Of a stretch of 64,000 nt of DNA, positions 38,671 through 48,777 are shown in pieces. Below the pieces are notes generated by a model. It worked only from the letters and a program-made list of their open reading frames with translations. It was not told the origin of the DNA and did no database searches. The stretch is from a virus, in IMG/VR virus record IMGVR_UViG_3300042473_001368; one strand, 5' to 3'. Made by a program: the position numbers and the translations under genes. The number at the start of each line of letters is the position of its first letter. The stretch's first letter is position 1.

Positions 38671-40977
38671 TCACGGTCCTGTTGTGGGAGGTGAAGTGGT
38701 AGTTGGAGCTGATGTTGTAGTCGTAGTAGTTGTTGTTGTAGTTGTGGTCTCTGTGTCTGTATCGTAAGTCACATCATTAGACGGTTCAGCAGGTGTCGGC
38801 GAACTACGTTTTCCGCGAGGTCCGCTTGTATTGCCTTCATCGCAAAGAGGACACTCAGTAGTTTCTGGCGCTGGCTGTTGATCGCCGCCATCGCCATCAG
38901 GTGACGGTGTTACTTCGCTACTTGAAGGAGACGGTGTTACGCTACTACCTCCATCTGCCGGTTTCTCAGGGGGAACAATATCACCAGGTGTATCATAATC
39001 GCATGGGTCACATGGAGTTGACGATTGCTCAGGTGTAGAAGAACTTGTCGATGGCGGGGTTAGGGTTGTAGTAGATGATGTAGTCGATGAACAGCAATCA
39101 GACTCTTTAGAACCTTCGAGAGTGTATTTCACCGTTGCAGTAGGATAACATGGATTTCCTGATACAGCGCCACCGTAAGGTGTCATGTCTGCGTCTCCAT
39201 TTTTTATATCTTCGCCGAGTTGTCTCAATCTATTTTGCGTTTCATTGTCAAACGAGTCAAGTCTATATCTTTTAAATCCTCCCTTACCATCTGGAACAGT
39301 GACAGTATCATTGTCTACAGACGATATCTGTTCATCGAGAAATTCCCAACTATCATTATCACGCAATGTTTCTGATTCTACTGTCACTTCACCGCCTCCG
39401 CCTATCATAAACGAGACGCGTGGGCTTTCTATAAATTCAAATTCAACGCTATCGCATTTTACAGGTACAAATGTTTCATTAGTGTACTCTACTTTACCAT
39501 CACTGACAGGAGTACGAGTAGGTACTCGAGTATCGCCAATAGAGCCGCCAAGATCAGGTTCGACCTCTACATGTGTCGCAGGAGGGCACGCACCATATGT
39601 AACAGAACACGTCCATTTTAGAGTGTACCCTTCAAGACATCCATCTAGATCAAAAAGAGGCACAGGTGCTTCTTGATTAATTGTTAGAGCTACACTTTCA
39701 CAGCAATTTTTTGGTTCTTCTGGCTTAGGTGCAGGCTTAGGCTCTGGTTTAGGGTCAGGCTTAGGCTTAGGGTCTGGCTTTGGAGCTGTAGGTGGCGGCG
39801 GTGGTTTAGGTGTCGGCGGTTTAGTCGCTGGCGGAGGTAGCGTTAAACTAGGCGATGTTGTTGTACTAATAGGGCGAGTTGTTGTAGTTGCTGGCACGCA
39901 ATCACTTTGTTGCGTGCACTTTTTACCTGAAAGAATAGGAGTGTTTGATGTTATATCAAACATATCACTAACGCAATCATAGTGAACAGCACCTGATACT
40001 ACTTGTACTGCTGTATATGCTGTATCGTTACACTTAAGTACTGTGAGTGTAGCAGGACCATTTACTGTAATACAGTAGCAAGGCTGATTAGCTAATATTT
40101 TCTTAAGAAGCAATTCTCTATTATAGAGAATATTATAGTCTGCGTTTATTCTAACAACAGGTATATTGCTTATGATAGGTGATGCAGATAAGTAAAAGAA
40201 ATCAGCACCCATATACTTTTTCGTCAGCTCGCGCTTATTATCAAATATCGAATCTACTTCATTTACTATTTTAAATTCATTTGATGTCTGTGAGAACACA
40301 GAAGCTACTAACTCAGCATTGCTTTTAAGAAAGATATCGAGATTGTAGTCTCTGTCCTTGTTGTTATATTCACGTACATCAGGAGTCTTGTTAAAGAACG
40401 ACGATGCATTATACCTTTCACCTACGATAACATCAAGATTTTGAATAGATTTTGAAGCGTCATCTCTGTTTTGCTTATTTTGAAAAAAGCTTACAATTAT
40501 CTCTTTAACTGTAGTAGCAACACCTTTATTTGAACCCTTTAACTTCTTTCTAGTTGCTTCAAGTACAATATCATCACGTTTCTTACTATAGTATAGAGCG
40601 ATTTCTTTTATCTTTCTGCTTATAAACGATAGGGCAACATCAAGATCGTTAGGATTTGTGTAGTCTATCTTTTGAAGGAATATTTGCTCCTCACGAGTAG
40701 TGTAGTTAAGGGTTATTTCCTTAATAAAAGTAGTATATGCATCAACTATCTGTGTGTCTGTTGATGACTGTACAGAAGTTTTTATTCTATTCCACTTTGT
40801 AAGGTAGTAATTATAGTATGAAGTTATCTCTGTGTGGCTTGTAAACCTACTAACCGCTTTAATAAACTCAAGAAGCGTAAAAGGGTTGGATACATCAGTC
40901 GCAAATTGCTTATCAACTGATATATTTGTTATAGATAATGGAACCTCAGGATATCCAAATTTATGATTACTATCCAT
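38671..40977 (-). CDS. Structural protein with mucin-like Thr/Pro/Ser-rich and Cys-rich C-terminal region
   Basis: Helical N-terminal ~290 aa, then about 19 Cys, a PKP repeat and a poly-Thr tail; start at ATG 40977 (6 nt after ACTAAATA) or 40983. Confidence 0.7.
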   Translation of the reverse strand: MDSNHKFGYPEVPLSITNISVDKQFATDVSNPFTLLEFIKAVSRFTSHTEITSYYNYYLTKWNRIKTSVQSSTDTQIVDAYTTFIKEITLNYTTREEQIFLQKIDYTNPNDLDVALSFISRKIKEIALYYSKKRDDIVLEATRKKLKGSNKGVATTVKEIIVSFFQNKQNRDDASKSIQNLDVIVGERYNASSFFNKTPDVREYNNKDRDYNLDIFLKSNAELVASVFSQTSNEFKIVNEVDSIFDNKRELTKKYMGADFFYLSASPIISNIPVVRINADYNILYNRELLLKKILANQPCYCITVNGPATLTVLKCNDTAYTAVQVVSGAVHYDCVSDMFDITSNTPILSGKKCTQQSDCVPATTTTRPISTTTSPSLTLPPPATKPPTPKPPPPPTAPKPDPKPKPDPKPEPKPAPKPEEPKNCCESVALTINQEAPVPLFDLDGCLEGYTLKWTCSVTYGACPPATHVEVEPDLGGSIGDTRVPTRTPVSDGKVEYTNETFVPVKCDSVEFEFIESPRVSFMIGGGGEVTVESETLRDNDSWEFLDEQISSVDNDTVTVPDGKGGFKRYRLDSFDNETQNRLRQLGEDIKNGDADMTPYGGAVSGNPCYPTATVKYTLEGSKESDCCSSTTSSTTTLTPPSTSSSTPEQSSTPCDPCDYDTPGDIVPPEKPADGGSSVTPSPSSSEVTPSPDGDGGDQQPAPETTECPLCDEGNTSGPRGKRSSPTPAEPSNDVTYDTDTETTTTTTTTTTTTSAPTTTSPPTTGP
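38690..38750 (-). repeat. Imperfect trinucleotide repeat encoding poly-Thr
   Basis: GTT/GTA/GTC triplet run on the + strand encodes TTTTTTTTTTT. Confidence 0.8.
39715..39840 (-). repeat. Pro/Lys tandem repeats (PKPD/PKPE/PKPA, PPPP)
   Basis: Repeating GGCTTAGG/GGTTTAGG units. Confidence 0.8.
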
Positions 40978-40982
40978 CTGCA

Positions 40983-43208
40983 TTATTTAGTAAGCGACAG
41001 TGACTGATACAGTGTATCTGAAATGATATTTTCGTAGATACCAGACTTGTCTAATAACAGAGTATTATCAATATCAAAAGGAACAGTTGTATGTGTAAAG
41101 TTGAGAACTCCACCAACAATATTACCCGCTATCTGTGAATCAAACTCATAGAAGTCGTAGTATGTGTTAATCGACTGCAATGATGTATCTTGTGGCAAAA
41201 CAAGAGGCCATCCCCAGTTAGGGTTATAGCTAGATAGCTTATACGAAGATGCAGTAGGAGTTGAAGCACACAAAGGCTGATATGTGTTTAACAGTTTGTA
41301 TATCTTACTAAATTTCTCATATGCTACAATATCTGTACCGGCAGTTATTGTATAAGTAGTTGTATCAATCTTATCTCCTAGGTTTTTGCCATATACATCT
41401 TTTGTTGTATACCCGAAATCACTAAAGTTTTCGTTAAACTTGTTGGTTGTGCCGAAAAGCTTATCTCTATTAACTGAGAGAAGATTTACAATACGTTGAA
41501 TCTTGTTAGGGAAGTTGAGAAGGTTTTTATCAAACATAACAGAATTGTTTGACATTAAATCTGCATATGACATGAGATTTATCACTTCTGCAGTACTAAT
41601 ATTTGTATTGTTGTTAATAAAATTACTAATACGTTCATACAACTTATTACCAAGTGCTTCGACATCTACACTATCGTTTCCGAAGATTGTTCCTAAGAAC
41701 TCCTCGAATAGCATAGGTTTATCCATTAAGGTTTCTTGGAATATCAGACTCTTGAACATTTGCTCGAAGTCATAGTCTTCATTGAGCTTAACAAGCTTGT
41801 AGTAGTTAAGTGGATAAATATTGAAAGTGTTCGAGTTCGCACTAACAGGATCTGCTTCTGTTGTTAGAGTAACTAGTGATTCAGTTGTTATAAACTCGTC
41901 TAACTCTGTGTTAATAGTATCGACATACGCAGCACTTAGATAAACACTTGTAAGCGGACTTGATAGTGTACCTGTATATGTAAGGTAACCTCTAAAATAA
42001 CCTCCGCCTGATAGTGAAGACAGTGTTGACTGCAAGCTACTGATTGAATAGCTACCAGTTTGAACGTTGTTTCCGACAAGGTTAAAAGTAATGTTATCTG
42101 GATAAGCTAGAGGTTCATAGTTTTTGACTTTATTACCAACAGAATCTGTTAAACACGCAACAAAGTGAATATTAGTATCTACAAACTTATTCTTATCAAT
42201 ATTAAAGATACTATTCGGGTAACCATCACCTGTAATACCATTAGATGTTATTACAACCTTTGTAGGTGTATTAGCTGCTACGCTACCCGATAGTGTTACA
42301 TTAAGCGTATTAGATGTATTATCATTATATCTATCAAAGGAGATGTTGAACAACTCTGTAGGCGCATCATCCCTATAAAAGACAATACCTGTTCCTCTAT
42401 ACCCGACAAGTTCTTTTTCACTACTGTATTCATATGATTGTGTAAGTTGAGATCCATCTAGCTTGACATATACTGCTGTAAGAGGCAATTGTATATTTGA
42501 AACCTGTTGAATATCATACGAAGATATAGAATCTACGTATGTTCGCGTAAACAGACTGTTGTATATTTCAAGGTGATTGTATAGATTATCAGGTAAATTG
42601 AAATAATTTACTGATTTTGCACCGCTTAGTGTATATCTAATAGTTGAAACTCTCTTTAACTCTTCAGCTGTAGGTTCTAATACAGTAACAGAGGGTGAAG
42701 GTTGATCGATAGGGATGGTTATCTTTGTCTTCTGAAGACTTTTAGGTATAAACTCAAAAGACTGACTGCTTTTAACAGGAGCAGTTACTGTACGTCTGTT
42801 AAACAGTCGTATTGGTAGTGTCTGAGTAACAGATAACGCAGGACTAAGACATCCTGCAGTAAGTGCTAGTGATGAGCACTCGATATTAAAGTTATCTTCA
42901 ATATAATCTTTAATTAAAATGCTTTTTGATATACTTGAACGTATTACTTCGTTGTTTGTCGAGTACACCATTAAAGATACAGTATATCTCCCGGGTTTTT
43001 TGTAGATGTGTCGCGGAGAATACTCCTCTACGAACGTTCCATCACCTGTAGACCATATAAGCCGTGTAAACCCTGTTACAGTTGAGGATATTACAGGTAC
43101 AAACTGCACAGGAGTGCAGTCTAGATTATAAGATGAAAGTGATGTTACACTTCCTGTATAATCTTTAACATTAAAATCGTAGTACTCAGTTGTGTTAATA
43201 TTACTCAT
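40983..43208 (-). CDS. Baseplate-associated protein with N-terminal PKD domain
   Basis: WSTGDGT...HIYKKPGRYTVSL; directly downstream of gp6 with overlap. Confidence 0.65.
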   Translation of the reverse strand: MSNINTTEYYDFNVKDYTGSVTSLSSYNLDCTPVQFVPVISSTVTGFTRLIWSTGDGTFVEEYSPRHIYKKPGRYTVSLMVYSTNNEVIRSSISKSILIKDYIEDNFNIECSSLALTAGCLSPALSVTQTLPIRLFNRRTVTAPVKSSQSFEFIPKSLQKTKITIPIDQPSPSVTVLEPTAEELKRVSTIRYTLSGAKSVNYFNLPDNLYNHLEIYNSLFTRTYVDSISSYDIQQVSNIQLPLTAVYVKLDGSQLTQSYEYSSEKELVGYRGTGIVFYRDDAPTELFNISFDRYNDNTSNTLNVTLSGSVAANTPTKVVITSNGITGDGYPNSIFNIDKNKFVDTNIHFVACLTDSVGNKVKNYEPLAYPDNITFNLVGNNVQTGSYSISSLQSTLSSLSGGGYFRGYLTYTGTLSSPLTSVYLSAAYVDTINTELDEFITTESLVTLTTEADPVSANSNTFNIYPLNYYKLVKLNEDYDFEQMFKSLIFQETLMDKPMLFEEFLGTIFGNDSVDVEALGNKLYERISNFINNNTNISTAEVINLMSYADLMSNNSVMFDKNLLNFPNKIQRIVNLLSVNRDKLFGTTNKFNENFSDFGYTTKDVYGKNLGDKIDTTTYTITAGTDIVAYEKFSKIYKLLNTYQPLCASTPTASSYKLSSYNPNWGWPLVLPQDTSLQSINTYYDFYEFDSQIAGNIVGGVLNFTHTTVPFDIDNTLLLDKSGIYENIISDTLYQSLSLTK

Positions 43209-45024
43209 CTATAACATCGATAAAGTTGCTAATTGTTTGCGGATAATCAAGATACGGGAATTTGAAGAACTGTAATTGTGTATCTTGGTTAAGTATAAAA
43301 ATATCGTCGCTTGGGTACAGTGGATTCCAGCCAAGTAATGACACACCATTAAATCGAAGATCTTCTTGCGAATTATATGTGTATATGTACTTTATACCTT
43401 CGATACTTAAGATATTCGAAGATAACTCACTCAAGCTAATGTTTTGGCCGAGTTTATTGTTACGAGGATCAAAGAAATCTTTAATAACAGTAGCAACACG
43501 ACTACGTAATGTGTCTTTCTGTATCTTATTTGTATTTTCACGTACAACAACAAGTTTACAGTTGTCAGCTATTGTTGTTTGAAGTACTGACTTATTAGAG
43601 AAACCTAGTCTAAATGTTACATACACTGGGTCACGCGGCACTACTTCAGTGTTAATCATTTTAATGTCTTTTGTGATATCAACAATTAAATTCTTGAAAG
43701 CTGTAGACATATATTCTGGTGTTTGACTGTCTACTTCAACATTGAATGTAGGAACTGTAAACACATTAATATTGTTAAAGTCGCAGCTGTCTGCAAAGTT
43801 AACCTGATTGAGTAATACTCTATTTACCTTATTTGGATCTACACTAATGTTGTAAAAGTAGTTTATATAACTATCTAAGAATTCAGTGTTAGATGCAACA
43901 TAGATTGATTGTGCAAGACCTGTTAGATTCTTTGATAAAAACGAGGTATAATCCTGAGATGTTACAAGTCGTAAATTGCTTGCAACAAAACCAGGAGTAT
44001 TTTTTCGTATCTCGTCTACTGTCTCGCCTTCAGAGATTATACTAGAGTTATTTGGGTTAGTAAACGCAATGTTTTCACTCAATGCATTTGTCACTACTGT
44101 ACCTTGCAAATCTGGTTCTACATCAGTGTAGATAGTTTCGAAAAGCGAAGTCGAATAGTTAAAGAGCTTGTTACCGCTTATTGCGTTTTTAGATATAACA
44201 CCTACAACATTATTACTGAGGATGTAGTATACAATAACTTCATCTCCTTGTTCTAGTTTTCTACCAAAAACACCATTGCCAAATTTAACTTCGTAATTGC
44301 CGTTTTCATTAAGTCTTAGATCATACGATCTATCACTTGCACCAGCGAGATACAGGCTATTTGATTCAGCATACTCATAGTATTTGCTTGAAGTAGCTTC
44401 TTTAACATATACTGAAATCGTACCATTAGCAATAAACTTAAGTGTGGTAGAGTCAACTATATTGTCTACAACAATAGGAAATGTCTCGTATTCTTCACCT
44501 GAAGCTACATAGACCGGATATTGTTCAACTGTACCTTGGTACAAAACTACATTATTGTTAATACTGTCTAGCGTTTGAGTAGCTGTTTCAGTTTTTGTGA
44601 ATGTGTAGTTCTTTAAAAATGTATATTGAATATCATCTACGAGAAAGTACGAATACTTTCGAATAGTGTAACTCCCTACAGGTAAATTTGCATTAGCTGT
44701 TGCGTTTAATGTGCATATCGATGTTTGTTTACCAGTTGGCTTGTATCCAACAAGGTTAACAATCTTATTCATATTCTCATAAAGAGTAGCTTGCGAAAAT
44801 GTAGACTCAGACGCTGTTGTATTGAGGTAGAACATCAATACATGATATGAGTAAGCTATTATATCAATAATAGAAGACAGGTTACTGCCATCATAGATTT
44901 GATCAGTAAAATTCTCATTTGTATTAAGTCTCTTAATGATAAAGTCCTTGAGCGTAAGTGCATCAAATGTCACATAAGCGTCTTGAGGTAGTTTATAATC
45001 GATGTTTTGTTCTGGTCTTGACAT
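43201..45024 (-). CDS. gp6: Baseplate wedge protein
   Basis: DGSNLSSIIDIIAYSYH...SESTFSQA...VGYKP, VKFGNGVFG, RLVTSQDY. Confidence 0.9.
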   Translation of the reverse strand: MSRPEQNIDYKLPQDAYVTFDALTLKDFIIKRLNTNENFTDQIYDGSNLSSIIDIIAYSYHVLMFYLNTTASESTFSQATLYENMNKIVNLVGYKPTGKQTSICTLNATANANLPVGSYTIRKYSYFLVDDIQYTFLKNYTFTKTETATQTLDSINNNVVLYQGTVEQYPVYVASGEEYETFPIVVDNIVDSTTLKFIANGTISVYVKEATSSKYYEYAESNSLYLAGASDRSYDLRLNENGNYEVKFGNGVFGRKLEQGDEVIVYYILSNNVVGVISKNAISGNKLFNYSTSLFETIYTDVEPDLQGTVVTNALSENIAFTNPNNSSIISEGETVDEIRKNTPGFVASNLRLVTSQDYTSFLSKNLTGLAQSIYVASNTEFLDSYINYFYNISVDPNKVNRVLLNQVNFADSCDFNNINVFTVPTFNVEVDSQTPEYMSTAFKNLIVDITKDIKMINTEVVPRDPVYVTFRLGFSNKSVLQTTIADNCKLVVVRENTNKIQKDTLRSRVATVIKDFFDPRNNKLGQNISLSELSSNILSIEGIKYIYTYNSQEDLRFNGVSLLGWNPLYPSDDIFILNQDTQLQFFKFPYLDYPQTISNFIDVIDE

Positions 45025-45026
45025 AG

Positions 45027-45509
45027 TTAGTAGTATCCATTACTGTTAAGTGCATTCTTCAACGACACTCCGTATATATTTAACGAAGGAACATCAATCT
45101 GAAGGGTTATATTGTATTGATTATTATCTGGGTCTGGTATAACAGAAACACCTTGTACTATTACTCTTGGTTCAAAGCGAGGTAAGTTGTTAAAGATGTC
45201 ATCTCTAATAAAGAACGCTGTATCTGCAGTGATTGGTTCAAAGAGATACTGACGTAAATCAATACCATACTCTGGTGATAGTATTTTCTGGCCAGGTGAT
45301 GTAAGAAAGCACGTTTTTATACTGTTTTTAACAGCATCGAGATCAAACAAAGCAACAATATCGTTTAACTTTGCTTTTGTGTTGAGTTGATTATTATAGG
45401 TATAGCCATCTTCAAAATCGAGTAATACATCCTTATATAGGAATCCCTTCTCTAATGATGCCTCTTTACCTTTACTTGGAGCAATATTTGTAAGTTTTAA
45501 ACTTATCAC
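45027..45509 (-). CDS. gp25: Baseplate wedge subunit
   Basis: AVKNSIKTCFLTSPGQKILSPEYGIDLRQYLFEP...FEPRV. Confidence 0.9.
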   Translation of the reverse strand: MISLKLTNIAPSKGKEASLEKGFLYKDVLLDFEDGYTYNNQLNTKAKLNDIVALFDLDAVKNSIKTCFLTSPGQKILSPEYGIDLRQYLFEPITADTAFFIRDDIFNNLPRFEPRVIVQGVSVIPDPDNNQYNITLQIDVPSLNIYGVSLKNALNSNGYY

Positions 45510-45517
45510 TCAAATAT

Positions 45518-45802
45518 TTATTGCCAATCCTTGCAAGCAGCGTGTTTTGGTGTACCTGGTTTTGCACTTGAGCATTTGTGTCTTGCTCTAAACGATTTAC
45601 GTCTCTTTGGATTAGACTTTTTGACTCTCATATTAGGATCGCCCCAATGAATTCTCTTGTACCCTTCACCGCTAGGATTTTTAACACACTTTGTATACTT
45701 CTTACTTTTAAGAGGAGACGATGCTTTTTTTGTAGTGCGTGTACATCTCGAGCCCTTGGATGCTTCAGTTAGTAGCTCTTCTACAAGTTTGTCAAATTCC
45801 AT
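45518..45802 (-). CDS. Small basic Cys/His protein, putative internal head protein
   Basis: Start refined to ATG 45802 (MEFDKLVEELLTE); RRKSFRARHKC...C.DW; GATAAATA 5 nt upstream. Confidence 0.6.
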   Translation of the reverse strand: MEFDKLVEELLTEASKGSRCTRTTKKASSPLKSKKYTKCVKNPSGEGYKRIHWGDPNMRVKKSNPKRRKSFRARHKCSSAKPGTPKHAACKDWQ

Positions 45803-45807
45803 ACATT

Positions 45808-45829
45808 TATTTATCACTATGCATAAATA
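45808..45829. promoter_or_regulatory. Divergent pair of late promoters
   Basis: - strand GATAAATA (45815-45808) and + strand CATAAATA (45822-45829), each 5 nt from an ATG. Confidence 0.75.
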
Positions 45830-45834
45830 TTCTT

Positions 45835-46368
45835 ATGACAAAACGTAACAAGTTCGTTTCACTATATGAATCCTACATGAAGAGATTCCAACGAGGTGGA
45901 TTTCAAGTTGGAGATGTATTCGTGTTCAACAAAAACTTTAAAAGCGACGAAGGGTATAAACAATTAGGTCAAAATGTTAAGGATCTAATCGATCAAATGA
46001 TTGAATCAGGCCTTCACATCCGTGTTGTTAATATTAAAGATACAGCTCCTCAAAGATACCCTGCATCAGATGCAGGCTCTTCGTTAGAAGTTAATCTCGA
46101 TCTTGCAGTTGATACAGGCGGTGGTAGATACATGCATTATGTTACTATTCCATGCTGCTTAGGCGAACCTATTAGATATGGTCAGAACCTACCGCCTATT
46201 CCTGATGCAATGAGACGTGTCGATAAGGTGAATATTAAACCAGAAGAGTATGTAGAAGATGAAGAGAACCCTTCAAATAAATCGGAACGTAAGCTCGCTA
46301 CTAAAAACACAGTTCTTAAGCATAGTAAAGAGCCATACACTGTTAACTACGTCAAAGGTTTAAAATAA
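45835..46368 (+). CDS. Hypothetical late protein
   Basis: Start refined to ATG 45835 (MTKRNKFVSLYE). Confidence 0.6.
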   Translation: MTKRNKFVSLYESYMKRFQRGGFQVGDVFVFNKNFKSDEGYKQLGQNVKDLIDQMIESGLHIRVVNIKDTAPQRYPASDAGSSLEVNLDLAVDTGGGRYMHYVTIPCCLGEPIRYGQNLPPIPDAMRRVDKVNIKPEEYVEDEENPSNKSERKLATKNTVLKHSKEPYTVNYVKGLK

Positions 46369-46412
46369 CTATATTATATAAAAAACTTTACTAACTAATA
46401 AATAATAATTAT

Positions 46413-46928
46413 ATGAGTTCAGCAAAAAAAGATACAGATATGCTTATGGAAGCATATGAACAGGTTATAGAAGAAGGTCTATTTGATCGCTTTAAAGCTC
46501 GTGGTGCACAAGCTATCGGCGCAGTAAAAGGAGCAGGTCAGCAAGTAGCAGGCGGTGCTAAGCAGTTAGCTGGTAAGGCTATATCTAAGGCTGGTGATTA
46601 TGCACAAAAAGGGGTAGAAGCAGTAGGTGGTTCTGTTGACCCTGGCAAAAATAAATTAACACAGGCAGGTGCTAACCTTCAAAAAACAGGAGCAAAGCAA
46701 GTTGGTGCAGGTCAACGTGCTGGCGAAGAAGCTAAATATAGATCATATATCAGCAACACCGTTCAAACACTTATTACTGATCTTACCAAGTTAGGTATGG
46801 ATGTTAATGATGAAGCTGCTCTTTCTAAAGAACTTACAGATGTTATTACTAAAAATCTTAAGTATGTTACTAAGAGCGGACAACTAATGACTAAAGGCAA
46901 AACGACTTTTGGTAGCAAAGTAGTCTAA
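46413..46928 (+). CDS. Ala/Gly/Lys-rich late protein, putative internal head protein
   Basis: AATAAATA 8 nt upstream; LME and IEE sites; amphipathic A/G/Q repeats. Confidence 0.6.
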   Translation: MSSAKKDTDMLMEAYEQVIEEGLFDRFKARGAQAIGAVKGAGQQVAGGAKQLAGKAISKAGDYAQKGVEAVGGSVDPGKNKLTQAGANLQKTGAKQVGAGQRAGEEAKYRSYISNTVQTLITDLTKLGMDVNDEAALSKELTDVITKNLKYVTKSGQLMTKGKTTFGSKVV

Positions 46929-46943
46929 TTGACGCATTCCAAG

Positions 46944-47819
46944 TTAATCCAGCAAGCGAAAATTGGAGAGAACTTCTTTAAGTTCTCTCCAATTTTTTAC
47001 GTTAAAAGTGTTTCTATATTTTTCTATAATGCAACGCTTTGATAGTTGTAGTGCTATTTCTATTTCTTGAAGATTGCATCCACGTGCTACGAGGCGTATA
47101 AATTTATCCTTATCAAATTCTTTATAATTGCTATTCTTATTTGCTCTTTGTGTATTAACGTAATCGATACCATAACTATTGCAGTACTCTTTTAGAGTTG
47201 TATTAGGGTAAAATTTTGACTTTAACGTATTTACATTAATTTTTAAAAGTTTACCTATCTCTTTATTAGTACGCTGCTCTTTGAGATATTTTACAAAAAG
47301 CTCTTCTGTTATATCTAGACGTGTCATATGATTATATTTTACTATACTATGCGAATCGCAATACTGTCTTAATGTTTTGTCAGGATAAAATCGACGCTTA
47401 AACGTGTCTTTATTAACTTTTAGCTTATTTGATATATATGTTATATCATAACCTTCGCGTAAAAGCATAATAAACGTCTCCTCTTCTAGATCGTGTCTGT
47501 AATTATTATTGTGCTGACCAGAGCTCGCACCCTGTCCTCCTTGTTGAAGGTTTAGTAAAACACCGCCTTCACTCCTTAATCCGTACTGTTTAATATATTC
47601 TTTCTCGAGATTATACGCAGCCTGTTCAGATTCTATGTTTTCATATAGAATACGAGCAATATCTTGCATTGTCCACCCGCATTTTTGCAACTTAGCGAGT
47701 TTATTTTTATGTATATTACTTCTGCTTTGTAAACTACGAGACCTATTTTTTGTACCTTTACCTATATAGAATATCTTACAAGTCTCAGGATCTATGTGAC
47801 AATATATGTAATACATCAT
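46944..47819 (-). mobile_element. Free-standing GIY-YIG homing endonuclease with tandem HTH-like repeats
   Basis: YYIYCH...FYIGKG...R and E...I...G...LLN; three related ~55 aa C-terminal repeats; own CATAAATA promoter (start 47819 or 47816). Confidence 0.8.
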
Positions 47820-47845
47820 ATGTATTTATGTCACTATCTTGTTTA

Positions 47846-48775
47846 TTACACTTCTTCTAGATTTATCCAGCAAGCAAAACAATTAATCTCATGATCTGCT
47901 ACAAATGCAGCTCGCCACAAATGTTCTGCAATTATTGCGATCATCTCTTTCTTTTTGGATTCGTCAATAGGTCTTTCATATAAGAAGTTAAGATAGTCTT
48001 TCATCAGAGTATCATAGTCACCATAGAATTGCTCTTCATTCTCAATAAGATACTTACGTAACTCAATAGAGTTCTTAGCAGATATACTATCAAATATAAA
48101 AGTTAGTAGTGCATTACTAGTATTAACTTTCTCGATAGATAACTCACCACTGATACAGTTTTTCTGTACTTCGTTAATACACTTACGTAAATCAGGAAAA
48201 TTGCTCTTAACCAATTCTACGAACTTCTTCTTCTGATCTTCAGGTATTGTAATACCCTCTTTCTTAAGAATACTATATACAAATCTTACACTATCATCAA
48301 GATGAGGCTTGATATCAAGCAATTGACATCTTGACTGAATAGCAGGTATAATCTTATGCTTATAGTTAGCAGTCAAGATAAAACGCGTATACTTTGAGAA
48401 AGACTCCATAGTATTACGTAGAGCTGCTTGAGCATTTGAACTCAAGAAGTCAGACTCATCAAGAATAACAACTTTGATACCACCATCAAATGACTTAGTC
48501 TGAGCAAAGTTAGATACTTTAGTACGAATTGTATCGATACCATTCTCATCAGAAGCATTGATATACAAATAATCGCAGTTAAGTATCTCCTTAACAATGA
48601 CAAGAGCCGTAGTAGTTTTACCAGTTCCAGGGCTACCCACGAAAAGTAAGTTAGGTATCTCAGAATTACCTTGATAATCCTGGATGATACCACGAACCCT
48701 CTCAGGGAGACTAATCTCTAAGAGGGTTCGTGGTCTATACTTTTCGCACCAAATTCCGTTTAAGTCAAGAGCCAT
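47846..48775 (-). CDS. gp44: Clamp loader ATPase (RFC-like)
   Basis: WCEKYRP, GSPGTGKT, NASDENGID, ILDESD, QAALRNTME, IQSRC. Confidence 0.93.
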   Translation of the reverse strand: MALDLNGIWCEKYRPRTLLEISLPERVRGIIQDYQGNSEIPNLLFVGSPGTGKTTTALVIVKEILNCDYLYINASDENGIDTIRTKVSNFAQTKSFDGGIKVVILDESDFLSSNAQAALRNTMESFSKYTRFILTANYKHKIIPAIQSRCQLLDIKPHLDDSVRFVYSILKKEGITIPEDQKKKFVELVKSNFPDLRKCINEVQKNCISGELSIEKVNTSNALLTFIFDSISAKNSIELRKYLIENEEQFYGDYDTLMKDYLNFLYERPIDESKKKEMIAIIAEHLWRAAFVADHEINCFACWINLEEV

Positions 48776-48777
48776 AA

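Noticed and set aside
39185-39676. 163-aa + strand ORF inside the mucin-like gene
   Set aside because: Antisense to a GC-richer coding region where stops are depleted; no start signals.
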